The translations under genes were made by a program, and so were the position numbers. Of a DNA stretch of 32,000 nt, positions 24,870 to 32,000 are shown one piece after another. Source of the DNA: Pseudoalteromonas translucida KMM 520 (GTDB lineage: Bacteria > Pseudomonadota > Gammaproteobacteria > Enterobacterales > Alteromonadaceae); contig NZ_CP011034.1 in the NCBI RefSeq assembly GCF_001465295.1, forward strand, positions 1,290,001 through 1,322,000. The letters are read 5' to 3'. Position 1 is the first letter of the stretch; each line of letters begins with the position of its first letter. The notes under the pieces were generated by a model. It ran no database searches. It worked only from the letters and a program-made list of their open reading frames with translations, and had not been told where the DNA came from.

Positions 24870-25447
24870 TGAACACTCAAGTTTCAACAATCCACAGCGC
24901 AGACAAGCGGCAGACTAACGATGTGCTGGTTAAGCTGATCAGCGATGAGGTGTTGCCATCACTAAAAGCGTACTACCCAAACAGTGATTTTAACTGGCGC
25001 GGCAACCTTGTTTTATTTGCAAATGAATATGCTGGGCAGCTTTACGGTATGGGGATCATCGCTAAGCACGTAAGAGCTGCGTTAGATATGGCCCGATTAC
25101 TTTCAACAAGCGAGAGACACGCACCAAACCCAATTGAATTTAAAATTTTATGCCTACAAGCGAAGGGTATGCCAACGCTCGATAGCTGCATGAGCGAGAT
25201 AAACGAACAGCGCATTAAAAATTACGGAAAAGACAAGGATTGGTCAGAGCCTTTAGTTTATTGGCTTAACCAGCAAATTGCTGCTGCGCGTGCAACGTTG
25301 ACTGATAGCGCATGGAAGAAGATGGCTAAAAACCGTTACACGGAATTGGCTGATAAGTATGGCAAAGGTGAGCTAGGCCCGATACCACTGAAAATCGAAT
25401 ATAACGCACTGCCGGCTTATTTGAGATATGCGGGAGTGGGGCGATGA
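24866..25447 (+). CDS. Lambda P-like replication protein (helicase loader)
   Basis: The ORF aligns segment by segment with lambda P as I recall it: HAPNPIEFKILC vs FLPSPGQFVAWC, GMPTLDSCMSEI vs GLPNVSELVDMV, WSEPLVYWL vs WKSNAHYWL, TLTDSAWKKMA vs ALTDAELRRKA. ATGA overlap with O. Confidence 0.65.
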   Translation: MMNTQVSTIHSADKRQTNDVLVKLISDEVLPSLKAYYPNSDFNWRGNLVLFANEYAGQLYGMGIIAKHVRAALDMARLLSTSERHAPNPIEFKILCLQAKGMPTLDSCMSEINEQRIKNYGKDKDWSEPLVYWLNQQIAAARATLTDSAWKKMAKNRYTELADKYGKGELGPIPLKIEYNALPAYLRYAGVGR

Positions 25448-25857
25448 AGTCATACGAGCAAGATCAAAAAGAGTTTATTAGAGCGCTAAAAGAGATTTTA
25501 GGTGTTCACTATCAATCGGCCCTGGCAGATGCGAAGCAAGCAAGGTTAGCAGCTTTACAGGGGATTAAAAACCCAACACCAAAGCAGCTTGGTTTTGCTA
25601 CTGCCGAAGCTAACAGGGCAATGGCTCGCGCAGCTAAGGCGTGTGGCGTTGATAGCGTGCCGCAGTATATCAAGGATAAAAAAGAGCAGGGTAGAAACCA
25701 CTACGCTTCACAGGCAAGAACAAAGCAAACAGCCAGGCAAAGCAATATTAAGGCTAACCCTGGTAATTTTACATCGAGCAAAGTGCCAGCCAATCAAGGT
25801 TATTCACTTAATGCAGAGCTGGAAAAAACATTCAATAACGCAAGAAAGACCGCTTAG
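25444..25857 (+). CDS. Hypothetical phage protein
   Basis: 137-aa ORF with an ATGA overlap with the P-like gene. Confidence 0.5.
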   Translation: MKSYEQDQKEFIRALKEILGVHYQSALADAKQARLAALQGIKNPTPKQLGFATAEANRAMARAAKACGVDSVPQYIKDKKEQGRNHYASQARTKQTARQSNIKANPGNFTSSKVPANQGYSLNAELEKTFNNARKTA

Positions 25858-25866
25858 GAGCAAATT

Positions 25867-26190
25867 ATGACGACAATTAAAAAAAGCACGTTCACTCAGT
25901 TATCAGCAGCCGGCGAGATTTTTTGCGATGGTTTTATCACAAACGCAAAGGATCAGGCTGCAAAAGCAATTCAAGGTGGCGCACAGGTAAACCATGATGC
26001 AGCGTTTGGCAATCTAACCAAGGCGGTTGCAGTGCTAGCAGATAAAAACCAGCTAGATAGACAGATGCGCGATGTACTTCTAACTATTGGCGCACACATT
26101 TTAGTGCAGGCACAAAAAGAAGCAGTGGCGGCGCAAGAAGGCGAAGCTAAGACGGGGCCAGGTAAAAAACAAGGTAAGGCCGCGCAATGA
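25867..26190 (+). CDS. Hypothetical phage protein
   Basis: 107-aa ORF with a GGAG SD and a 4-nt overlap with ninB. Confidence 0.5.
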   Translation: MTTIKKSTFTQLSAAGEIFCDGFITNAKDQAAKAIQGGAQVNHDAAFGNLTKAVAVLADKNQLDRQMRDVLLTIGAHILVQAQKEAVAAQEGEAKTGPGKKQGKAAQ

Positions 26191-26639
26191 GCAAAAAAGT
26201 TTTAACTGTTACAAATGTCCAATACTTAATGCCGCAAGTAGGCAAGGCCATACGGGATATTTTAAAGCAAGGCAAAAACGTTGTTGTTGAGTTTAAAGAG
26301 CACAAAGCAAAACGCTCTTTAGCTCAAAACAGATTGTTGTGGGTATGGAACCAGGAGATAGCTAATCACTTTCGTGAACACTTTGGGCAAGAAAATAGCT
26401 CTGAGGACGTGCACGAAGTATTTGTGCGTAAAAAGTTTGGCGTAAAGGTTATTCAGGCCGGTAACGAGGAGCCCATTATTGTTCGCAAGCGCACGCGCAA
26501 GTTAAACACCAAAGAATTTTGCGAATACCTGAATTGGATGGAGCAGTATTGCGCTGAATATTTAGAGTTAATGCTACCGCAACCCGATGACTTATATCAC
26601 TTGGCTATGTATGGGGAGGCAAACAATGTCGCTCATTAG
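26187..26639 (+). CDS. ninB: NinB/Orf-family recombination mediator
   Basis: RSLAQNRLLWVWNQEIANHF... and its position in the nin region upstream of rusA. Confidence 0.75.
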   Translation: MSKKVLTVTNVQYLMPQVGKAIRDILKQGKNVVVEFKEHKAKRSLAQNRLLWVWNQEIANHFREHFGQENSSEDVHEVFVRKKFGVKVIQAGNEEPIIVRKRTRKLNTKEFCEYLNWMEQYCAEYLELMLPQPDDLYHLAMYGEANNVAH

Positions 26640-26928
26640 TAAAAAAATACGCAATAGCGCACGCGGCCAAGAATGCCAGGTGCGTATACCTAGCGTATGC
26701 AATCGCAATAATGAAACCGTAATACTTGCTCATGTTGGCAAGGGTTCAGGCATGGGGCAGAAGTGCGACGATATACACGCTACTTACGCATGCTCAGCTT
26801 GCCATGATGTTATTGACAGAAGAGTACGCCAAGACAATGCAAGCGAAGTACAGGTTTACGCATATGAGGGCATGGTTAGAACGCAAAAGCTTTTACTAGA
26901 GCAAGAATTAATACGGGTGGCTAAATGA
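26626..26928 (+). CDS. YbcO/DUF1364-like putative nuclease
   Basis: MSLISKKIRNSARGQECQVRIPSVCN...ETVILAHV......ACSACHDVIDRR parallels E. coli DLP12 YbcO. ATG 26626 has a GGGGAGG SD. Confidence 0.7.
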   Translation: MSLISKKIRNSARGQECQVRIPSVCNRNNETVILAHVGKGSGMGQKCDDIHATYACSACHDVIDRRVRQDNASEVQVYAYEGMVRTQKLLLEQELIRVAK

Positions 26929-27299
26929 TTAACTTAACTCTGCCGTACCCGCCAACAGTTAACCATTACTGGAAATCAACAGTAAAGCGCGTTGCAGGCA
27001 ATAAAGGTCGGGTGATAACGCGCGTAAGCGATGAAGGCAAGGCATTTGCTGAACAAGTGTTTTGGTTAGTGCGCGAGCAAAAAGCCCATAAAAAGCTTAA
27101 AGCAGATTTAAAGCTAGTTATACACATTTATGTGCCGGATAGACGTAGGCGTGACATTGATAACTTAAGCAAGTCTTTATTTGATGCAATGCAAAAAGCT
27201 GGTGTCTATGAAGATGATACGCAGATAAAAGACTATCGCATGATCCACAGTGGAATAGTCAAAGGCGGAAAAGTTACACTGAGCATTGAGGAAATATAA
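26925..27299 (+). CDS. rusA: RusA Holliday-junction resolvase
   Basis: LTLPYPPTVNHYW ... RRRDIDNL.K.LFDA...GVYEDD.QI are classical RusA motifs. Confidence 0.85.
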   Translation: MINLTLPYPPTVNHYWKSTVKRVAGNKGRVITRVSDEGKAFAEQVFWLVREQKAHKKLKADLKLVIHIYVPDRRRRDIDNLSKSLFDAMQKAGVYEDDTQIKDYRMIHSGIVKGGKVTLSIEEI

Positions 27300-27300
27300 C

Positions 27301-27861
27301 ATGCAGCCAATTAAGCTACTGTCTAAGTTAACAACGAAAACACTAAACCTTACCGGCACTTTTGGCGGTAGTGGGCAAGACGTTATAGATTGGCGAACAG
27401 CAGCACATGCTTTAGCCGGCTTGCCATCTTGCCAAACAAATTGGGCTTACTTTCGTTATGTAGGGGAAGAAACAAGGCTTAATCGTGTTATACGCTCACT
27501 TACAATGCACATAACGCTATTTATCAAGATAAAACGCTATAAGGTTAAGCCTGAAACGTTAAACGGCATAGTAATGTCAGCGGTTTATGAATTTGTACAG
27601 CCTGTATGTGGTGAATGTGACGGTAGTGGATTAGCTCCAGGGCAAGTAGCAACGAACCTAGATGCTCAGATTTGCATTAAGTGCCATGGGCGAGGACGAA
27701 AGCCAGTATCAACACGCAGTAGATGCAAGATTATAGGCATCGGACATAAAAGCTATACTGACAGCCATGATGACATTACGAAAGAGCTACTGCGCTTAAT
27801 AGCCGGCTGGGAAAGCGATATATTTAAAAATATACGGGTAAAAATGGGGGAGGTTGCTTAA
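27301..27861 (+). CDS. Lambda-Q-family late antiterminator
   Basis: The double CxxCxGxG zinc motif (CGECDGSGL ... CIKCHGRGRKP) and overall layout parallel lambda Q (CRDCHGTGR ... CGRCKGVGY). ATG 27301 has a GAGGA SD. It is the last gene of the nin region. Confidence 0.65.
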   Translation: MQPIKLLSKLTTKTLNLTGTFGGSGQDVIDWRTAAHALAGLPSCQTNWAYFRYVGEETRLNRVIRSLTMHITLFIKIKRYKVKPETLNGIVMSAVYEFVQPVCGECDGSGLAPGQVATNLDAQICIKCHGRGRKPVSTRSRCKIIGIGHKSYTDSHDDITKELLRLIAGWESDIFKNIRVKMGEVA

Positions 27862-27919
27862 TTAAAAGTTAAAAGTGGTTGTTAAATTTTATTATAAAGA
27901 AAGCATAATATAAATATAT

Positions 27920-27947
27920 TTGATAATGTTAATGTGTCTATTACGAT
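27920..27947 (+). promoter_or_regulatory. Candidate sigma70 promoter in front of the cargo pair
   Basis: TTGATA (27920-27925), a 16-nt spacer, TACGAT (27942-27947), 33 nt upstream of the DprA-like ATG. It could alternatively be part of the pR'/qut region. Confidence 0.3.
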
Positions 27948-27980
27948 GGACCAGCAATTTATATTTTTGGAGAGTAAATT

Positions 27981-28973
27981 ATGGATAAGAACGAATACTG
28001 GAAATTGGAAATAGTTGCGTTCTACGCACTACAGTCCATCCATGGTATTGGTTTTAGAACTCTATATAAAATTGCTGCTAAAAAGATCAGTTTTCGAGAT
28101 TTAATTAAAACAGATGACTACTTATATTTTGAGAAAACCTTAAGGCTAAAGTTAGAAGATTCGGCTATTGAGTCGGAAGAGAGTTGGGAGCAATATAAGA
28201 AAGATTTGTGGGTCAGAGGTGTTGAACTTGCGCGAAAATGTCAACGTGAAAATATCCGAGTCATTTTTTATGATCAAGAGATATTCCCAAAACAATTAAG
28301 ATCTATCCCAGAGCCACCAATGTGGCTTTTTATTCAGGGTAATTTAGCTAATTTACATAATAGATCTGTTGCCATTGTAGGCAGTAGGAAAGCGACTGAA
28401 GAAGGGTTATGGCTAACTACATTAGTAGTTGCGGCTATGGCTAAGGGAGGATTAGTATCAGTGAGTGGCCTTGCTGAGGGGATTGACCAAAAGGCTCACA
28501 TAGATTCATTGCGGTTCAAAATCCCGACAATAGCGGTCCTTGGTACCGGTATAGATAGCAATTACCCTAAAGGCTCTGAAGTTATAAGAGCAGAAATATT
28601 GGCTAATGAAGGAACCATAGTTTCAGAATATCTAATAGGTCAAAGCTATAGCGCTCAAAACTTTGTTCGCCGAAATCGAATTCAAGCTGGATTAGCTGAG
28701 ACAATTATACCAGTAGAGTGGAAGGTTAAAAGTGGTACTGCGCACACAGTTAATTTTACCAAAGAATATAATCGCTTTCTTGTTATGCCTCATTTGCCGA
28801 ACACGGTTGATAATGATGAGCTACAGTTAGTTCGTTCTTACCCTTTAGGGTTAACATTTTGCGTCCCTGAGCATTCAGGAGCGCTTATTGACTTCATATT
28901 TCACCCCTATGACAAGTTAACTCATGTTGTTGAATCAGGTGAAGGTAATAATCAAATTCAAATGGATATATAG
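27981..28973 (+). CDS. DprA/Smf-like (SLOG-fold) protein, ShosA-like
   Basis: An HhH-like N-terminus (LQSIHGIGFRTLYKI) and DprA Rossmann motifs: VAIVGSRKATEEG, SGLAEGIDQKAH, IAVLGTGIDSNYP, FVRRNRIQAGLA and KSGTAHTV. GGAGAG SD. Confidence 0.8.
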   Translation: MDKNEYWKLEIVAFYALQSIHGIGFRTLYKIAAKKISFRDLIKTDDYLYFEKTLRLKLEDSAIESEESWEQYKKDLWVRGVELARKCQRENIRVIFYDQEIFPKQLRSIPEPPMWLFIQGNLANLHNRSVAIVGSRKATEEGLWLTTLVVAAMAKGGLVSVSGLAEGIDQKAHIDSLRFKIPTIAVLGTGIDSNYPKGSEVIRAEILANEGTIVSEYLIGQSYSAQNFVRRNRIQAGLAETIIPVEWKVKSGTAHTVNFTKEYNRFLVMPHLPNTVDNDELQLVRSYPLGLTFCVPEHSGALIDFIFHPYDKLTHVVESGEGNNQIQMDI

Positions 28974-28981
28974 GAAGTAGC

Positions 28982-30223
28982 ATGGCAGCAAAAAAACTTA
29001 AAGGTGTAATACTAAGTGTAGAGAATACAATCTTAAATGTTGGAAATATAGATAATGATGTATTCACTGAAGTAAGAAAGCTTATGAATTACTTCAAAAC
29101 CCGTGGAATAACACCTGTACTTTTGGCAAATAGAAGAAGAACTGTTACGTATCGTGGAGTTCCAAGGGATTTGTACGAATACCTAGAAGAAATATTCGAT
29201 GAGCTTGTTGTATTTACAAGGTTACGCAATCCCGAGGTGCCACCAAAGCCACAAGCTGCAGCAACTAAGTATGTCTTAGATAAAATGGGATGGGAATCAA
29301 ACGAAGTTATCTATATAGGAAGTAGTGATGATGACATGCGGACAGCATTAAATGGAGATATATTATTTTTACGTGGAACCTGGTATGCAAATAATACAGA
29401 TTATGGCTTTGAGTTTAACGAGGTAAAAGAAATTGCCAGGTTCATAGATACATTGTGTCTACGTGAGCATTTTTGGAGCCATGAAATAAAAGATGGTGAT
29501 TTAGAGTATTACGCGTTAGCACCTTTTAGCACTTATAAAGAAGCTTTTAGGAAGTACTCAGAAAATGCGCGCGCTGCAGCTAAGTTTTTGGGGAGAGGTG
29601 ATGTTGATTTTTGGCTTGGTGCACTAGTCACGAGTATGTACTTTACTGGGATTCATAAACGAATTGACTTTGTTGCAGCTTATCCTGGGCATAGAGCCAG
29701 TGTAGGCAATGACAAAATGAATGATGAGCTTATGACATTTGCTAAATGCTTTAGAAAAGGTTACTTACATAATGTCATAGAGCGCCACACAACCGCTTTG
29801 AAATCTCAGACTGCTAGAAATCAACGTGTTCATTTAGATCATCATAATCAACTTAATACAATCAAGCTTAATAAGTTCCCAACAAAAAACTTTACAACAG
29901 TCTATAAGAAATCCCCTTTAGCTAATGGAAAAACGCTTTTGTTGGTCGATGACATATGCACAAAAGGTTATTCGCTCGAAGCTGCAAGAAAGTATGTTGA
30001 GAGAACTCGAGCTAAGACAATACTGGTTACGTGGTTAAAAACTATTAACACGGATTATTTTACTATTGGCGACCCTGGTACATTTAACCCATATCAAGCT
30101 AATACGTTTCAAAACGTGCCTGTTGGACAGCAGTATAATTACCACGTCTACCATGTTGATGGTGCCGCATCTGAAGAGTTAGCAGACCAATTAGAACAGT
30201 ACATTAATTGGGATTGGCCATAA
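28982..30223 (+). CDS. Two-domain protein: degenerate HAD-like N-terminus + type-I phosphoribosyltransferase C-terminus (ShosT-like)
   Basis: PRPP-binding loop KTLLLVDDICTKGYSLEAA near the C-terminus. The N-terminus has VILSVENTIL where HAD enzymes have DxDxT, and IYIGSSDDDMRTA resembles HAD motif IV. It starts 8 nt after the DprA-like stop. Confidence 0.75.
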   Translation: MAAKKLKGVILSVENTILNVGNIDNDVFTEVRKLMNYFKTRGITPVLLANRRRTVTYRGVPRDLYEYLEEIFDELVVFTRLRNPEVPPKPQAAATKYVLDKMGWESNEVIYIGSSDDDMRTALNGDILFLRGTWYANNTDYGFEFNEVKEIARFIDTLCLREHFWSHEIKDGDLEYYALAPFSTYKEAFRKYSENARAAAKFLGRGDVDFWLGALVTSMYFTGIHKRIDFVAAYPGHRASVGNDKMNDELMTFAKCFRKGYLHNVIERHTTALKSQTARNQRVHLDHHNQLNTIKLNKFPTKNFTTVYKKSPLANGKTLLLVDDICTKGYSLEAARKYVERTRAKTILVTWLKTINTDYFTIGDPGTFNPYQANTFQNVPVGQQYNYHVYHVDGAASEELADQLEQYINWDWP

Positions 30224-30310
30224 GCTAGATAGTGTTTTCAGATACAGATTCAATAATTAGCAGTAAAGGTAGCTTCGTGTTTGATTAACATTTAACGAGT
30301 GCATTACACC

Positions 30311-30453
30311 AGATTGCAAAGATTGCAGGTATAGCGATAACTGCGCACTATAAAAACAAATAACTCATTGAAAATATTTAAAAATAACCACTGCGCACAT
30401 ATAAGTTGCGCAATTACTGCGACATAATGCGCATGAGTGCACCTGCTGCGCAC
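30311..30453. promoter_or_regulatory. Cluster of CTGCGCAC / TGCGCA-palindrome motifs (candidate operator array)
   Basis: Exact CTGCGCAC at 30341, 30391 and 30446. TTGCGCAA at 30406, ATGCGCAT at 30428, ACTGCGAC at 30417. AGATTGCA occurs twice at 30311-30328. All lie upstream of the 30546 ORF. Confidence 0.45.
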
Positions 30454-30545
30454 TAAAGCATGAAGTGAAAATGACGCTAAGGCAGCGTGTGTTACCCATA
30501 AATTAACAGCTATGGACGAAACTGCTAAAAAGGAGAAGGCGAATA

Positions 30546-31277
30546 ATGGAGAAATTTGGAAGGTGCTTTAAATGGATAACTTTCACTTACGTGATATTAG
30601 TTCTGGTCATAATTTTTGCTTACGGTTTTTTTGTTAAAGGAGGTAGCTGGGGCAGTTTAAGTGATGTTGTTATTGCTGTATTTACAGTACTCATTGCTTA
30701 TACAACAAACATGCTATTAATTGCTGCTTGGCTTACTAGTAGCTCTTGGTTAGACCAGAGCAAACATAGCTCAGCTCAAGAGCTTCTTTTGTCACTTTCT
30801 GAATACTACTTTACTATTCATGAAATTAAGACGATGTATATTGAGAAGAGATTTCTTGAAAGCTTTACCAAAATAACTCCGAATAATTATCATAAGCTCT
30901 CCAGCCAAGCGTTAAAGTATTTCGAAGGGACACCTAAAAACGCCACACCAGCTCAACTTGCGCCTTTTTTGGATTTCATATTGCCCACATTTAAAGAGGA
31001 AGCTGAAAAACTAAAGCCTCAAATTTACGCAATTAAGGAAAAATTAAATCAGCTCAAATTTGAAGTTATGACAAAGGCAAGCCCATTCGCAATAGAGATC
31101 GAGCATTTAGATTTTGATTTAATAACAGAGATTAATTTCATGCTAACGATAGATGAAAACATGCACAAAAACGCCAGCCAATTATTTGATAAACTTAGTG
31201 CCGCCACTGGTTATGATGGCTTTAAGTTAATGTATATCGCAGACCCAGTAAAAGACGGGCTATTCAAGGATGCTTGA
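30546..31277 (+). CDS. Membrane protein of unknown function (two N-terminal TM helices + helical soluble domain)
   Basis: Excellent SD (AGGAGAAGG). TM segments ITFTYVILVLVIIFAYGFFV and VVIAVFTVLIAYTTNMLLIAAWL. No recognisable domain. Confidence 0.6.
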   Translation: MEKFGRCFKWITFTYVILVLVIIFAYGFFVKGGSWGSLSDVVIAVFTVLIAYTTNMLLIAAWLTSSSWLDQSKHSSAQELLLSLSEYYFTIHEIKTMYIEKRFLESFTKITPNNYHKLSSQALKYFEGTPKNATPAQLAPFLDFILPTFKEEAEKLKPQIYAIKEKLNQLKFEVMTKASPFAIEIEHLDFDLITEINFMLTIDENMHKNASQLFDKLSAATGYDGFKLMYIADPVKDGLFKDA

Positions 31278-31644
31278 TAGTAATTTTAACAAAGCTGATT
31301 TATATCTTGATTTACCTCATGGCGTATCAGGCTTAATTGAGAAAAACAAAAACGCCACTTTCTACGGCATCGCCAGTGGTCGCTCAATGGAAGGTGTTGG
31401 CATATTCGATGGTGATTTACTTATGATTGATAGAAGCTTAAGTGTAGAGCCTGGTGATGTGATCGTTGCTGTACTTAACGGCCAGTATGTTTGCAAAATA
31501 GCAGACCTTAAAAATAACCTGCTTTTATCTGCAAGTGATGAGTACGGCCCTTATAAACTCAAGGAGGGTGACGAGTTTACATTAGAGGGTGTAGTTAGCA
31601 GCTCAGTTCGCATGCATCGTGGAAATATAAAGGATACTATTTAG
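31270..31644 (+). CDS. UmuD'-like S24 peptidase lacking the cleavable N-terminal arm (HumD-like)
   Basis: ATFYGIASGRSMEG.GIFDGDLLMIDRS....GDVIVAVLNGQYVCK aligns with UmuD [28 protein letters not shown]...GDIVIAAVDGEFTVKK. Only about 30 residues precede the Ser motif. The ORF overlaps the upstream ORF by 8 nt. Confidence 0.8.
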   Translation: MLDSNFNKADLYLDLPHGVSGLIEKNKNATFYGIASGRSMEGVGIFDGDLLMIDRSLSVEPGDVIVAVLNGQYVCKIADLKNNLLLSASDEYGPYKLKEGDEFTLEGVVSSSVRMHRGNIKDTI

Positions 31645-31645
31645 C

Positions 31646-32000
31646 ATGTGTAATACAGAAAAAAAACCAAAGCACAAGCAAGTTTTTGCTATTGATGAGA
31701 GTGAAGGATTGCACAAGAACTATTCTTTTAGGCTGGCTATATTTCTACCTATTGTGTTTTCGGCCGCAATAATTATTATATTCTCTTTACAGCTATGGAG
31801 CGATGGCGGATTTAGATTGGGATTTTCACAATCAGAAGTGTCAGCATTTATTAAATATTTTTCATTTCCAATATCTTTATTGCCACTTAGCATTGTTTTT
31901 GGCGTTATGGTTGCGAGGTTCCATTCGTCAAAGCAAAAGGCAAAAAGCAACTTGATTACTGAGGTTAACAATTCAGTAAATTTTTTTTACAAAACACATG
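31646..32000 (+). CDS. Partial ORF (open to window end): membrane protein of unknown function
   Basis: Found by manual translation: MCNTEKKPKHKQVFAIDESEGLHKNYSFRLAIFLPIVFSAAIIIIFSLQLW...FSFPISLLPLSIVFGVMVARF... The ATG lies 1 nt after the S24 stop. There is no stop before 32000, so it is absent from the ORF track. Confidence 0.5.
   Translation, partial: MCNTEKKPKHKQVFAIDESEGLHKNYSFRLAIFLPIVFSAAIIIIFSLQLWSDGGFRLGFSQSEVSAFIKYFSFPISLLPLSIVFGVMVARFHSSKQKAKSNLITEVNNSVNFFYKTH

Larger units (their letters stand above)
13443..32000. mobile_element. Lambdoid prophage integrated in htpG. Left end at about 13443; right end beyond the window.
   Basis: Contiguous phage modules: int, xis, early-left operon, CI/Cro/CII, O/P with iterons, NinB/RusA and Q. 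The left junction is deduced from the htpG break point. The exact att core cannot be set without attR. Confidence 0.85.

Noticed and set aside
25589-25870. Alternative-frame 93-aa ORF overlapping 25444-25857
   Set aside because: It has no SD or coupling and a Leu/Arg-rich shadow-like composition. The 25444 ORF is translationally coupled (ATGA) to the P-like gene.
30224-30545. LexA (SOS) box upstream of the membrane/S24 operon
   Set aside because: I scanned the spacer for CTGT-N8-ACAG and found no CTGT at all. The repeated motif is CTGCGCAC, which is unrelated to the gammaproteobacterial SOS box.
31720-31971. Minus-strand 83-aa ORF from the ORF track
   Set aside because: The plus strand is open from ATG 31646 to the window end. 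It encodes clear TM helices and starts 1 nt after the S24 stop. The minus-strand ORF is most likely its shadow.
31645-32000. Expected umuC (Y-family polymerase) downstream of the UmuD-like gene
   Set aside because: The downstream ORF begins MCNTEKKPKHKQ... followed by TM helices. It lacks the conserved UmuC/DinB N-terminus (…DVNAFYASCE…), so no umuC is present within the window.

Overview
This window reads as a chromosomal segment of an AT-rich marine gammaproteobacterium. The gene content and the apt-dnaX-ybaB-recR-htpG synteny suggest an Alteromonadales or Pseudoalteromonas-like organism, but that assignment is inference only. The segment runs into a lambdoid prophage.

Host part (1-13442):
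- The distal genes of a TonB2-type energy-transduction cluster: exbB, exbD, tonB and a TPR protein.
- A lipoprotein gene.
- A DksA/TraR zinc-finger gene and dusC on the minus strand.
- A three-gene RiPP locus. It has a secreted precursor built from 51-bp tandem repeats encoding (E)GKCG motifs, a DUF692/MNIO enzyme and a DUF2063 partner. This is the HvfABC / methanobactin-like architecture.
- apt, dnaX, ybaB, recR and an RluA-family pseudouridine synthase.
- A sigma32-type heat-shock promoter followed by only the first 24 codons of htpG.

Prophage part (about 13443 to beyond 32000): the phage is inserted inside htpG. In order, it contains:
- A tyrosine integrase.
- A long leftward early operon: xis, many small Cys-rich ORFs, an MT-A70 methyltransferase, SSB and a Rad52-like annealase.
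- A lambda-style immunity region: CI with two small envelope-protein genes in the rex position, a terminator, pL, Cro, CII-like and TraR.
- Replication genes: an O gene containing five iterons plus an AT-rich tract, and a P-like loader.
- A nin region: NinB, YbcO-like and RusA.
- A lambda-Q-like antiterminator.

Where lysis genes would be expected after Q, there is instead an AT-richer cargo island.
- It starts with a DprA/SLOG-like gene and a degenerate-HAD/phosphoribosyltransferase gene, a ShosTA-like composition.
- A regulatory region studded with CTGCGCAC motifs follows.
- It ends in a translationally coupled operon of membrane protein, pre-truncated UmuD'-like S24 peptidase and membrane protein, with no umuC.

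The cargo island is the best candidate for a novel or poorly described defence or abortive-infection system. All functional calls come from reading motifs by eye; no database search was run.
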